Assembly (NCBI GenBank): GCA_002269645.1
Contig: NIVC01001810.1
Coordinates: forward strand, 124,001-188,000
DNA: 64,000 bases
Origin: Macrostomum lignano
Lineage: Eukaryota
Reading direction: 5' to 3'
The notes under the pieces are model-generated. The model searched no databases, was not told the origin of the DNA, and worked only from the letters and a program-made list of their open reading frames with translations. Within the stretch, counting starts at the first letter, position 1. Every line of letters starts with the position of its first letter. Positions 28,176 through 39,775 of the stretch are shown in pieces. Position numbers and translations under genes: made by a program.

Positions 28176-29135
28176 GTTGTTGTTAAATGAGGTGGGTAGC
28201 CTAGGGGCTCCCGCGGATCAGCCCAGGGAAGGGCTCTGCCGCTGGAATATAGGGGCACATCTACCAGGGGCAGATAGCCCGAGCAGCTCAGATTAGGACC
28301 TGACGTCATGGCCAGGGAAAAAACCTTATTGGGGCTACTAGCTCAGCCTATGGACTAAGACACCGCTGACCAACAGTGGAATCAGGGACGGTGCAAGGAC
28401 CGAGTCCACTCAAGCCACCACCCAGCAGACAAATCCCGGGAGTGCGCGAAAAAAGATAGGAAAAACTTCGAAATACTACTGAAAGCGGTCCGAGAGCGGG
28501 GAGACCAAGTCTACGGAAAGGGGCACAAGGAGCAAGAGGAACCCGGACTCAGCCGGTATTCCCCAGGACTCCAATCTACTGTCAGTGATGAGAGCCGAGA
28601 TACAATAAGCAGGGAGACAACCAGAGGAACCAGCAGATGAATCAAGGCAAAACACGAAGATAAAAGCATAAAAGCACAAAGGGATAAAACAAAAATGGGA
28701 GAAGCACCGGAACCCTAAACCCGGGGCTCAGCCTCAGAGCTGGCATCAACTGGGCTATACCGTACACTTTTGTGAATGGTCGTCTTTCCTGCAGGGCGGT
28801 TGCGACCGGGGGGCTCAAGTCCCGTTCTAGCCACACTGCAGTCAAGAATTCCAACTCACTCCAGGTACACCCACAGATACTAGAATAACTGTGGGTGTAC
28901 CTGGTTACTCTAGGTTATTCTAGTATCTGTGGGTACACCCCCCTAACCCAAGGCCGATGGCCAAACAATTGGAATGAAAAAGTAAGGTTATTTTTAGATG
29001 TGTACATTGCCTCCGGCAAGGACACCTAGAGATTGGGCTATAGAACTATAGGCCAATTGGATTGCGCACAACCCGAGAAATGCCGACAGAAAGGCAGCCA
29101 GGGTAAAAACAGTCAGAGACCGTCTTTACGTCAAA
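28176..29135 (-). mobile_element. Unclassified ~960-bp retroposed-looking insertion: spliced-leader-like 5' end and (AAC)n 3' tail
   Basis: Unique sequence splits a minisatellite and is flanked by GGGGTCAGTT on both sides (28166-75, 29136-45). Minus strand begins CGTAAAGACGGTCTCTGACTG and ends TTTAACAACAACAAC. Confidence 0.65.
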
Positions 29136-29420
29136 GGGGTCAGTTAGGGGTCACATAAAGACTGAGAGATCAGTTGGGTTCAAATAGAGACTGGGGGTCA
29201 GTAGAGACGTAGAGGTCAATTGGGGTCATTTAAGGTCAAATAGGGGTAGGGGTCTGTTGAGTCGGAGGTCAGGGGTCATTTAGGGTCATATAGAGACTGA
29301 GGGGTCAGTTAAGGGTCAAATAGAGACGTAGAAGTCAATTAGGGTCATTTAAGGTCAAATAGGGCTAGGGGTCTGTTGGGTTCAGTTGGTCAGATAGAGG
29401 TCAGGGGTCATTTCGGGTCA
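29136..29420. repeat. Right part of the interrupted GGGGTCA minisatellite (more degenerate)
   Basis: Same motifs as 27880..28175. Confidence 0.8.
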
Positions 29421-29467
29421 GAGAGAAGCAGCTGGGTCACAAAGGACCAAAGCAAGGTGGCACTAAC

Positions 29468-29601
29468 TGTCTGCTTGGGCCCCACAGACTTGGAGCCGCT
29501 GGAGCCGAGGCGGCCCCGCTGGCCGTAGAAGCTGCGGCTGAGCTCGGTCTCGTTGGCGGACACGATGGTGATGTGGGAGGCGCCGCCCTGGGACAGCGGG
29601 A
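29468..29601 (-). CDS. PHKA: PHKA exon 10 (VPLSQGG...SVGPKQT)
   Basis: tttcag|TC acceptor (phase 1) and ACA|GTTAGT donor (phase 0) bridge exons 9 and 11 in frame; poorly conserved region. Confidence 0.65.
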
Positions 29602-29773
29602 CTGAAAGTGAGCGATTGGTTGGACGGGGGCGACAGTGCAGTTAAAATCATCAGGTAAGATAAATGCAGGGTGCCTCCATTGCACGCGCGACTGAAACTT
29701 AAAATAGTGAGTTAATCTGCTTGGCAGGTAAAATCCTTGCTAACTGTTTAAGAGAATTCTGTCAGCAACTCAC

Positions 29774-29872
29774 CGTATTCGGCGTGGAACTCCTTGCCGC
29801 TGAGGATGTGGTGCAGCAGGGTCTTCATTTCGAATGGGCTCAGACTGAGCAAATGCTCGGTGGCGTCTTCGG
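29774..29872 (-). CDS. PHKA: PHKA exon 9 ([29 protein letters not shown])
   Basis: Conserved [17 protein letters not shown]; ttcacag| and |GTGAGT sites. Confidence 0.92.
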
Positions 29873-29924
29873 CTGTGAAAACATAGGGGGGGGGGGTTTG
29901 AAGTAGCTGAGGAGTGAGTGGGGT

Positions 29925-30240
29925 GGGTGCAATGGGGCAGAGGAGGAGTGAGGTTGGTGCAGTGGGGCAGATGAGGAATGAGGTTGGTGCAGTGGGGCAG
30001 ATGAGGAGTAGGGTGGGTGCAATGACGCAGAGGAGGAGTGGGTGGGGTGCAATGGGGCAGAGAGGAGCGGTGGGGTGGGTGCAATGGGGCAGAGAGGAGC
30101 GGTGGGGTGGGTGCAATGGGGCAGAGGAGCGGTTAGGTGGGTGCAATGGGGCAGAGGAGGAGTGGGGTGGGTGCAATGGGGCAGAGAGGAGCGGTGGGAT
30201 GGGTGAAATGGGGCAGAGAGGAGTGGAATGAAGGGTAGAG
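29925..30240. repeat. 27-32-bp minisatellite (GGGTGCAATGGGGCAGAGGAG...) in the PHKA intron
   Basis: Seen directly. Confidence 0.9.
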
Positions 30241-30297
30241 GAGCAGAGAAGAGTGGTGTGAGGGCAGAGGGCAGAGTGGATACAGCCAAAGCCTCAC

Positions 30298-30746
30298 CGT
30301 TCAGCCGGAGCGAGCGGCCGATCTCAGTGCCCATGACGCGGATGATGAGGCCCACCCGAATCCGGTACATGTTGGCGAAGAGCTGCGGCTCAGTCCTGGC
30401 GAGCATGCTCAGGTACACCAGCACCTCCTGCGTGAGAACGCCCAGCGTGAGGTCATTGAAACTCGCCTGCTTGATGAGCTCCCTGAGCTGCTGTGAGGAC
30501 TGCGGCGAAATGATGAGGCAGTTCTCGGGCTCCGGCGGCAGGCCGATGGTGACCTGCTTCTGGCGCACCAGCAGGTCCGTGATGCACACTGGCAGGTTCT
30601 CCACCGCCTTCTCCAGCATGCCCGCGGTGTACCGGACCAGCCACCACTGCTTGGTGGCGCCCGCCCGCTCGTACAGCTCCGCCACGAGGTCACGCAGGGT
30701 CACCGATCCGCTCTTCTCCTTCCAGCCGGTGTCATAGATCAGGCCT
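30298..30746 (-). CDS. PHKA: PHKA exon 8 (KGLIYDT...ITDLLVRQKQVTIGLPPEPE...RIRVGLIIRVM)
   Basis: Strong PHKA motifs; ccgcag| and |GTGAGG sites. Confidence 0.94.
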
Positions 30747-30877
30747 CTGCGGCGCGGGAGGTGCAGGGGACCCTCATCTTTGACCAGCTTCTTTAAGTAC
30801 CGTTCCACTACCTAAACTTCCTTCTCTTCCCCTCTCTTATCTCCCCTCTCCCCTCCCCAGCCAGCCCAGCGCCTCAC

Positions 30878-31079
30878 TTGTCAATATAGAGCTGGTAGAT
30901 GATCTCAAACTGCTCATAGAGGTGCTCAGACTGCTCAAGCCGCCTGAGCAGCTCCTTCTCAGCCAGCTCGGACAGGCGGCAGGCCGGCGAGTCCTGGCGC
31001 TCGATGTGCTTGCGTTTGAAGATCTTCATCAGGTCAGCGTTGTCCGCCTTCTCAATTGAGTCCTTCAGGACGTACTTTG
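30878..31079 (-). CDS. PHKA: PHKA exon 7 (AKYVLKDS...HLYEQFEIIYQLYIDK)
   Basis: actccag| and AA|GTGAGG; phases 1/2 fit neighbours. Confidence 0.85.
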
Positions 31080-31269
31080 CTGGAGTTGGGGAGAGCGAGG
31101 GGGAAATTTGGCGGCATTCGGATTGGCTGCGGCAGTCACGTGACGGCTGAGTACAAGCACAAAGGGCGCTCTTCACACAGTATTGATTTATGGCCAATAA
31201 TAGCAGGATTAATTATTTAATGGTTTGCTTAAAGATTAACAATTAATTGCAAGTATCTATAATGTTAGA

Positions 31270-33220
31270 CGGATTAGCAATCCATTCTATTCCTGCACCC
31301 ATGATAGGCTAGATTAGCAATCCATTCTATTCCTGCACCCATGATAGGCTAGATTAGCAATCCATTCTATTCCTGCACCCATGATAGGCTAGATTAGCAA
31401 TCCATTCTATTCCTGCACCCATGATAGGCTAGATTAGCAATCCATTCTATTCCTGCACCCATGATAGGCTAGATTAGCAATCCATTCTATTCCTGCACCC
31501 ATGATAGGCTAGATTAGCAATCCATTCTATTCCTGCACCCATGATAGGCTAGATTAGCAATCCATTCTATTCCTGCACCCATGATAGGCTAGATTAGCAA
31601 TCCATTCTATTCCTGCACCCATGATAGGCTAGATTAGCAATCCATTCTATTCCTGCACCCATGATAGGCTAGATTAGCAATCCATTCTGATCCTGCAGCT
31701 ATGATAGGCTAGATTAGCAATCCATTCTGATCCTGCACACATGATAGGCTAGATTAGCAATCCATTCTATTCCTGCACCCATGATAGGCTAGATTAGCAA
31801 TCCATTCTATTCTTGCACCCATGATAGGCTAGATTAGCAATCCATTCTGATCCTGCACCCATGATAGGCTAGATTAGCAATCCATTCTATTCCTGCACCC
31901 ATGATAGGCTAGATTAGCAATCCATTCTATTCTTGCAGCCATGATAGGCTAGATTAGCAATCCATTCTATTCTTGCACCCATGATAGGCTAGATTAGCAA
32001 TCCATTCTGATCCTGCACCCATGATAGGCTAGATTAGCAATCCATTCTATTCCTGCACCCATGATAGGCTAGATTAGCAATCCATTCTGATCCTGCACAC
32101 ATGATAGGCTAGATTAGCAATCCATTCTGATCCTGCACACATGATAGGCTAGATTAGCAATCCATTCTGATCCTGCACACATGATAGGCTAGATTAGCAA
32201 TCCATTCTGATCCTGCACACATGATAGGCTAGATTAGCAATCCATTCTGATCCTGCACCCATGATAGGCTAGATTAGCAATCCATTCTATTCCTGCATCC
32301 ATGATAGGCTAGATTAGCAATCCATTCTGACCCTGCACCCATGATAGGCTAGATTAGCAATCCATTCTGATCCTGCACACATGATAGGCTAGATTAGCAA
32401 TCCATTCTATTCCTGCACCCATGATAGGCTAGATTAGCAATCCATTCTATTCCTGCATCCATGATAGGCTAGATTAGCAATCCATTCTGATCCTGCACAC
32501 ATGATAGGCTAGATTAGCAATCCATTCTGACCCTGCACACATGATAGGCTAGATTAGCGATCCATTCTGATCCTGCACCCATGATAGGCTAGATTAGCAA
32601 TCCATTCTGATCCTGCACCCATGATAGGCTAGATTAGCAATCCATTCTGATCCTGCACACATGATAGGCTAGATTAGCAATCCATTCTGATCCTGCACCC
32701 ATGATAGGCTAGATTAGCAATCCATTCTGACCCTGCACCCATGATAGGCTAGATTAGCAATCCATTCTGATCCTGCACACATGATAGGCTAGATTAGCAA
32801 TCCATTCTATTCCTGCACCCATGATAGGCTAGATTAGCAATCCATTCTGATCCTGCACACATGATAGGCTAGATTAGCAATCCATTCTGATCCTGCACCC
32901 ATGATAGGCTAGATTAGCAATCCATTCTGACCCTGCACACATGATAGGCTAGATTAGCAATCCATTCTATTCCTGCATCCATGATAGGCTAGATTAGCAA
33001 TCCATTCTATTCCTGCACACATGATAGGCTAGATTAGCAATCCATTCTGATCCTGCACACATGATAGGCTAGATTAGCAATCCATTCTGACCCTGCACAC
33101 ATGATAGGCTAGATTAGCAATCCATTCTGACCCTGCACACATGATAGGCTAGATTAGCAATCCATTCTGACCCTGCACACATGATAGGCTAGATTAGCAA
33201 TCCATTCTGACCCTGCACAC
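31270..33220. repeat. 40-bp minisatellite (ATGATAGGCTAGATTAGCAATCCATTCTRWYCCTGCACMC), ~49 copies
   Basis: Exact 40-bp register visible in line layout. Confidence 0.98.
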
Positions 33221-33456
33221 AGTAGTAGTGAATATTATCGCAGAAAATTATTGTCAATCATATCATTACGTGAGCGGAAGCGGTGCAGTGAGTTAATCGT
33301 GATAAATAAACAATTTAGTGAACAAAAATCAATGAATAATCAACTTCACTGCGAGTTAAACACAGAAGCTGCAGAAAGAATGCTTGAACAATTAAGTGAC
33401 TAAAAGAAGAAACCGGTTATCGTGTCAGCCCGGTCAGCGGGCTCTCCGCCAGCTAC

Positions 33457-33552
33457 CTGAGGAGTCGCTGCTACGTCGGCTGCAGCTGACCGGCTTGCTG
33501 CTGCTTTTGGCGTCTTGCGCCCTGCGGACTGCCGCCTCTGCTGCTGCTGCCA
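33457..33552 (-). CDS. PHKA: Putative PHKA exon 6 (96 nt, phase 1-1; VAAAAEAAVRRAQDAKSSSKPVSCSRRSSDSS)
   Basis: ttgccgcag| and CAG|GTAGCT; symmetrical, so could be skipped; contains RRSS PKA-type site. Confidence 0.55.
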
Positions 33553-33612
33553 CTGCGGCAAGGAGTGGAGATGGGTGGACGGCTACTGCGGGGACGCAGT
33601 CGGTGATCTGTG

Positions 33613-35075
33613 ACTCACTGTCAGTGCCTCATTCTCAGTGCCTCACTCTCAGTGCCTCACTCTCAGTGCCTCACTCTCAGTGCATCACTGTCAGTGCCTC
33701 ATTCTCAGTGCCTCACTCTCAGTGCCTCACTCTCAGTGCCTCACTCTCAGTGCCTCACTCTCAGTGCCTCACTGTCAGTGCCTCATTCTCAGTGCCTCAC
33801 TCTCAGTGCCTCACTCTCAGTGCCTCATTCTCAGTGCCTCACTCTCAGTGCCTCACTCTCAGTGCCTCACTCTCAGTGCCTCACTCTCAGTGCCTCACTC
33901 TCAGTGCCTCACTCTCAGTGCATCACTGTCAGTGCCTCATTCTCAGTGCCTCACTCTCAGTGCCTCACTCTCAGTGCCTCACTCTCAGTGCCTCACTCTC
34001 AGTGCCTCACTCTCAGTGCCTCACTCTCAGTGCCTCACTCTCAGTGCCTCACTCTCAGTGCCTCACTCTCAGTGCCTCACTCTCAGTGCCTCATTCTCAG
34101 TGCCTCACTCTCAGTGCATCACTGTCAGTGCCTCATTCTCAGTGCCTCACTCTCAGTGTCTCACTTTCAGTGCCTCACTCTCAGTGCCTCACTCTCAGTG
34201 CCTCACTCTTAGTGCCTCACTCTCAGTGCCTCACTCTCAGTGCCTTACTGTCAGTGCCTCACTCTCAGTGCCTCACTGTCAGTGCCTCACTTTCAGTGCC
34301 TTACTGTCAGTGCCTCACTCTCAGTGCCTCACTCTCAGTGCCTCACTCTCAGTGCCTCACTCTCAGTGCCTCACTGTCAGTGCCTCACTTTCAGTGCCTT
34401 ACTGTCAGTGCCTCACTCTCAGTGCCTTACTGTCAGTGCCTCACTCTCAGTGCCTCACTCTCAGTGCCTCACTCTCAGTGCCTCACTCTCAGTGCCTTAC
34501 TGTCAGTGCCTCACTCTCAGTGCCTCACTGTCAGTGCCTCACTTTCAGTGCCTTACTGTCAGTGCCTCACTCTCAGTGCCTCACTCTCAGTGCCTCACTT
34601 TCAGTGTCACTATCTCTCAGTGCTTCACTTTCAGTGTCACTATCTCTCAGTGCCTCACTTTCAGTGTCACCATCTCTCAGTGCCTCACTTTCAGTGTCAC
34701 CATCTCTCAGTGCCTCACTTTCAGTGTCACCATCTCTCAGTGCCTCACTTTCAGTGTCACCATCTCTCAGTGCCTCACTTTCAGTGTCACCATCTCTCAG
34801 TGCCTCACTTTCAGTGTCACTATCTCTCAGTGCCTCACTGTCAGTGTCACTATCTCACAGTGCATCACTTTCAGTGTCACTATCTCTCAGTGCCTCACTG
34901 TCAGTGTCACTATCTCTCAGTGCTTCACTGTCAGTGTCACTATCTCTCAGTGCCTCACTGTCAGTGTCACTATCTCTCAGTGCCTCACTGTCAGTGTCAC
35001 TATCTCACAGTGCATCACTTTCAGTGTCACTATCTCTCAGTGCCTCACTGTCAGTGTCACTATCTCTCAGTGCCT
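33613..35075. repeat. 14-bp minisatellite (CTCAGTGCCTCACT) changing to a 30-bp derivative after ~34600
   Basis: Seen directly. Confidence 0.95.
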
Positions 35076-35454
35076 TACTCTGTGTCTCTCCCTACGTGTC
35101 CGTGCTTCACTCCCAGTGCCTCTATCTGTGACTGCTTACAGACATAACGATGCCAGTAAGCACAAAAGTTAAAGCACAAAATTGAAAAAAAACAAAAGAA
35201 CGAGAAACGACACGTGAAAAAGCGGCTACCTGCAGTGAGGTGAGGCACAGAAGGCTACAAGGTGCGATGGCTAGAGAGAAATAAGTAATAAAAAACTTAA
35301 ATTGAGGAACTGCGGCAAAACGAACAGATTGGGAAAAAGGGAAACAAGTGCTGTTGCCATGGAAATTCTCCAGATTGTTTTTACCTTCACCAGCGACTGC
35401 AAAAACGGGAAATGCGGAAAATTAACGGAATAGCTGGGTCAAGGAGGGCTAACA

Positions 35455-35600
35455 CTGGGAATAGCTGACATTGGGACTAGCTGATACTGGGACTAGCTGA
35501 CACTGGGACTAGCTGACACTGGGACTAGCTGACACTGGGACTAGCTGACACTGGGACTAGCTGACACTGGGACTAGCTGACATTGGGACTAGCTGACACT
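35455..35600. repeat. 16-bp minisatellite (GGGACTAGCTGACACT)
   Basis: About 9 copies. Confidence 0.92.
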
Positions 35601-35685
35601 CCCCAGGGACATTGAAGAATTTAATAAAAAGCCAAAATAGTCAGAGTACCAAAACCATCTCAAACCGAAGGCCTCAGCTGCTCAC

Positions 35686-35952
35686 CCTCATCATCCACCG
35701 GAGTCAGCGACGGCTCGAACCTGCCGAGGTCCTGGGAGACGGCGCTGGTCAGCGCAACGGATTTTTTGCGTCGCGCCAAAGCGGCAAAATCCGGCGCCCC
35801 GGACCCAGCACCGGGCGTGGGTGACGTCACGCGAGACGCGGCGCCGGAGGCGGACGGCGTGGCGGCGTTGGCGGAGTTCGAGCCCGAGCCCAGGCGGCTG
35901 CGGCCGCGCCTCGATGACCGAGAGGCGGCCTTGGCCTGGTCCAGCAGGGCGT
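35686..35952 (-). CDS. PHKA: PHKA exon 5 (low-complexity insertion, DALLDQAK...RRKKSV...PVDDE)
   Basis: cccgcag|AC and GAG G|GTGAGC; phases 1/1; GC-rich coding-like usage. Confidence 0.75.
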
Positions 35953-35984
35953 CTGCGGGCGGGAGCGGCGAACAAAGACTCTTG

Positions 35985-36345
35985 ATGATCGATTGGGACA
36001 AAGAATACTGAGAATTGATTGGGACAAAGAATACTGAGAATTGATTGGGACAAAGAATACTGAGAATTGATTGGGACAAAGAATACTGAGAATTGATTGG
36101 GACAAAGAATACTGAGGATTGATTGGGACAAAGAATACTGAGAATTGATTGGGACAAAGACTACTGAGGATTGATTGGGACAAAGAATACTGAGAATTGA
36201 TTGGGACAAAGAATACTGAGAATTGATTGGGACAAAGAATACTGAGAATTGATTGGGACAAAGAATACTGAGGATTGATTGGGACAAAGAATACTGAGGA
36301 TTGATTGGGACAAAGACTACTGATGATCGATTGGGACAAAGACTA
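35985..36345. repeat. 26-bp minisatellite (TTGATTGGGACAAAGAATACTGAGAA)
   Basis: About 14 copies filling a PHKA intron. Confidence 0.95.
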
Positions 36346-36373
36346 AAAAACAGCTTAAAAATCAAACACTGAC

Positions 36374-36453
36374 CTCCTTTGGCATGGTCCAAGAAGTTCA
36401 TGCTGGTCACGCAGCTGGTGTCAACAAAGTCTGACAGCATTCCCAGCGTGACC
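36374..36453 (-). CDS. PHKA: PHKA exon 4 (RVTLGMLSDFVDTSCVTSMNFLD)
   Basis: Matches PHKA RV..G.LS.F..TS...L.F.D; cccgcag| and G|GTCAGT. Confidence 0.88.
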
Positions 36454-36481
36454 CTGCGGGCGATGACGGCAGATGGGAGAA

Positions 36482-36486
36482 CTGAT

Positions 36487-36559
<73 letters not shown>

Positions 36560-36648
36560 CAGTAACTAATTAACTAACTAACTAACTATCTAACTAACTA
36601 ACTAACTAACTAACTAACTGACTAACTGACTAACTAACTAACTAACTG

Positions 36649-36681
<33 letters not shown>

Positions 36682-36682
36682 T

Positions 36683-36743
<61 letters not shown>

Positions 36744-36965
36744 GACTAACTGACTAACTAACTAACTGACTAACTAACTAACTAAATAACTAACTAATTA
36801 ACTAACTAACTAACCAACTAACTAACTAACTAACTAACTAACTATCTAACTACGAGCTAACTAACTATCTAACTAACTAACTAATTAACTAACTAACTAA
36901 CTAACCAACTATCTAACTACGAGCTAACTAACTATCTAACTAACTAACTAACTAACTAACTAACC

Positions 36966-37023
<58 letters not shown>

Positions 37024-37148
37024 CTAACTAACTAACTAACTCACTAACTAACTAACTAACTAACTATCTAACTAACTAACTAACTATCTAACTAACTAAC
37101 TAACTATCTAACTAACTGACTAACTAACTAACTAACTCAGTAACTAAT

Positions 37149-37183
<35 letters not shown>

Positions 37184-37243
37184 CTAACTAACTAACTAAC
37201 CAACTAACTAACTAACTAACTAACTCACCAACTAACTAACTAT

Positions 37244-37285
<42 letters not shown>

Positions 37286-37303
37286 CACTAACTAACTAAC
37301 TAT

Positions 37304-37363
<60 letters not shown>

Positions 37364-37427
37364 CTAACTAACTGACTAACTAACTAACTCACTAACTAAC
37401 TAACTAACTCACCAACTAACTAACTAT

Positions 37428-37461
<34 letters not shown>

Positions 37462-37479
37462 CACTAACTAACTAACTAT

Positions 37480-37547
<68 letters not shown>

Positions 37548-37600
37548 CTAACTAACTGACTAACTAACTAACTCACTAACTAACTCACTCATTGACTAAC
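36482..37600. repeat. (CTAA)n / (TTAG)n microsatellite
   Basis: Seen directly; abuts the LTR element. Confidence 0.98.
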
Positions 37601-37841
37601 TGTAAAGACTTCACTTCGTTTGCGTGGCAGAAAGATGCTTATGCGATAACATGATAAAATCATTCCTATATGTATTCGTCGAAATATTATTTTAACCGAT
37701 CAATAATTTGGGGACTGTAAAATAGACATATTAGTCACGTGCACGTACGCACAAAAGAACAAGCGAAGGAGAGAAGGGCACGATGGTAAAGTGTACGCAG
37801 CAATTCCCAGCACCCCACACAACACAAACAAAGTCACTACA
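37601..37841 (-). repeat. 3' LTR (241 bp)
   Basis: Direct repeat of 40507..40742; preceded on minus strand by PPT 37842..37850. Confidence 0.95.
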
Positions 37842-37932
37842 CTCCTCCCCAACAACTGCAGAAGCAGGGAACAGGAATTAAAAGAAACTATTTAGTCCGC
37901 AACTCAAAGAGCACCAAATAACGGAATCACAG

Positions 37933-38460
37933 TCACTGGTAACACAGTCGATTAGGCTCAGTTCGGATCCTGGTCGAGCGCAGCGGCAATGCCAAATCGC
38001 TCGCATTCGTGGCGTCGCAGGCGACCGCCAGGCCGGGGGCAACAGCTGCGCCGGCCGCTGCTGGAGGATCTTCCGGCGGATCAGCGACCGGCTCAGCCTC
38101 GGGAACTTCGCCAGCCGGTACAGCATCCGCGGGTCTGCGAACTTGGTCGATGTGCCGTTGGACCTCCCGGCCGTCATCAAAGTGGCACGAGAACGACGCT
38201 GCTCCAGAGCTGGCAGTCACCACCGCCGGCTTCCATCTGCCATCATCAGCGAAGTCCCTGGCAACCACGGCATCGCCGACCTCAATGCGGCGATCGTGAG
38301 CGTTGGCGTCGTGATGCTGCTTTTGCATCGCTTGCTGCACTGCAACCCTGGCCGGCACGTCGGGACGCACTCGATCGAGCAGAGAGCGCAGTCGCCTTCC
38401 CATCAGCAGCTCGCACGGCGGCGTGCCAGTCGTGGCATGTGGCGTCACGCGGTATGTCAG
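37933..38460 (-). pseudogene. Integrase C-terminal remnant (LTYRVTPHATTG.PPCELLMGRRLRSLLD...)
   Basis: Typical end of Gypsy integrase core plus C-terminal domain; HHCC and DDE regions absent. Confidence 0.88.
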
Positions 38461-39775
38461 CCCCAGCGCCACTGGGCACCTTGGTTGAGCAGACGATGCA
38501 GCGGCGACAGCTCCGCGGACAAGTTGGGCATGAACTTCCCGTAATAGTTGACAAGTCCAAGAAAACTGCGAAGCTGTGTCACGTCTCGTGGTGCTGGAGC
38601 GTCGGCGATGGCACGAACCTTGTCCGGTAGCGGATGCAGACCGTCAGCGTCTATCCGGTGGCCCAGATAGCTGACACTGTCCTGCATGAAGTCGCACTTG
38701 CTCAGGCCGCAGCGCAGTCCGCTTTGGTGCAATTTCTTGAGCACTGACTCTAGTGAGCGCAAGTGACTTTCGTCGTCAACACCGGTGATGATCAGATCGT
38801 CGATAAAACAGGCGACATGCGGAATCGACTGCAGCAGATTGTCCATGTGTCGTTGGAAAATACCGACGGCCGGAGCAACTCCAAAAGGCAGACGGGTGTA
38901 GCGCAGAAGGCCTTTGGACGTATTAATTGTACAAATCTCTTGGGCTGCTTCGTCCAGTGGCAGTTGAGAATAGGCTTGCGACAAGTCGAGCTTCGTAAAT
39001 TTTTTCCACCTGCCAGCTTAGCAAAAAGCTCTTCGATTCTCGGTAGCGGATATTTGTCAGGTTCAACACAGAGATTTACCATTTGTTTGAAGTCGGCACA
39101 GATGCGTATTGAACCGTCCGACTTGAGCACTGGCACAATCGGCGAGGCGTAGTCCGAGTTGTTGACTGGCCTGAGCACACCTTGCTCAATTTCCTTGTCG
39201 AGCTGAGCCTCCACCTTAGTCTTAAGAGCAAACGGGACGTTGCGTGCCTTGAAAAATCGAGGCCGGGCCCCGGCTTTCAGATGCAGCTGCACAGACGGTC
39301 CGTTGTACTTGCCGAGTCCCGGCTCGAAAACCTCGGCATACTGGTCCAGCAGGGCGCGGATTCCAGGGTGCTCACTGTCTTTTCGCACCTGGTTGATGCT
39401 GCGCCAGTCCAGCGGCAAGCATGCCAGCCAGTCACGGCCGATCAGGTTCGAACCAGAGCCCTCGACTACGAGCAGTGGAAGCTCCTTGGCAGCTCCGGCA
39501 GCTTGCACTCGGACGGTAATTTTACCTAGCAGGGGGACCGGCTCTCCTGAGTAGGTGCGCAGCTTAGTGTTGGCAGGTTCTAGCTTTGGTCCTTCCCGCA
39601 GCTCTGAGCGAAATGTTTCTGAAGATATGAGCGAGACAGATGCACCCGTGTCGACCTCCATCCGAACTGGCGTGCCTTCGATGATGACCGTGGTCTCGAT
39701 CGGTGGAATCTTCCCACACCGTTCAGCCATCACGTGCAGCGAATGTGCCTCTTCTTCATCGACCTCAACTTCTCA
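38457..39775 (-). pseudogene. Pol protease + reverse transcriptase, frameshifted and truncated
   Basis: EVDTGASVSLIS; PIVPVLKSDGSIRICADF; YPLPRIEELF; 1-nt loss in the A-run near 39000; LPFGV, FIDD; ends at WRWG before RNase H. Confidence 0.92.

Noticed and set aside
28175-29133. Solo LTR interpretation (TG...CA) of the 960-bp insertion
   Set aside because: No matching 4-6-bp TSD for any TG/CA pair.
31270-33220. Regular 40-bp (and 69-bp, 52-bp) arrays resembling CRISPR repeats
   Set aside because: No unique spacers, no cas genes, eukaryotic intron context.
38790-38810. FIDD instead of YxDD in the RT as a novel catalytic variant
   Set aside because: Single substitution in a defective copy; not evidence of new function.
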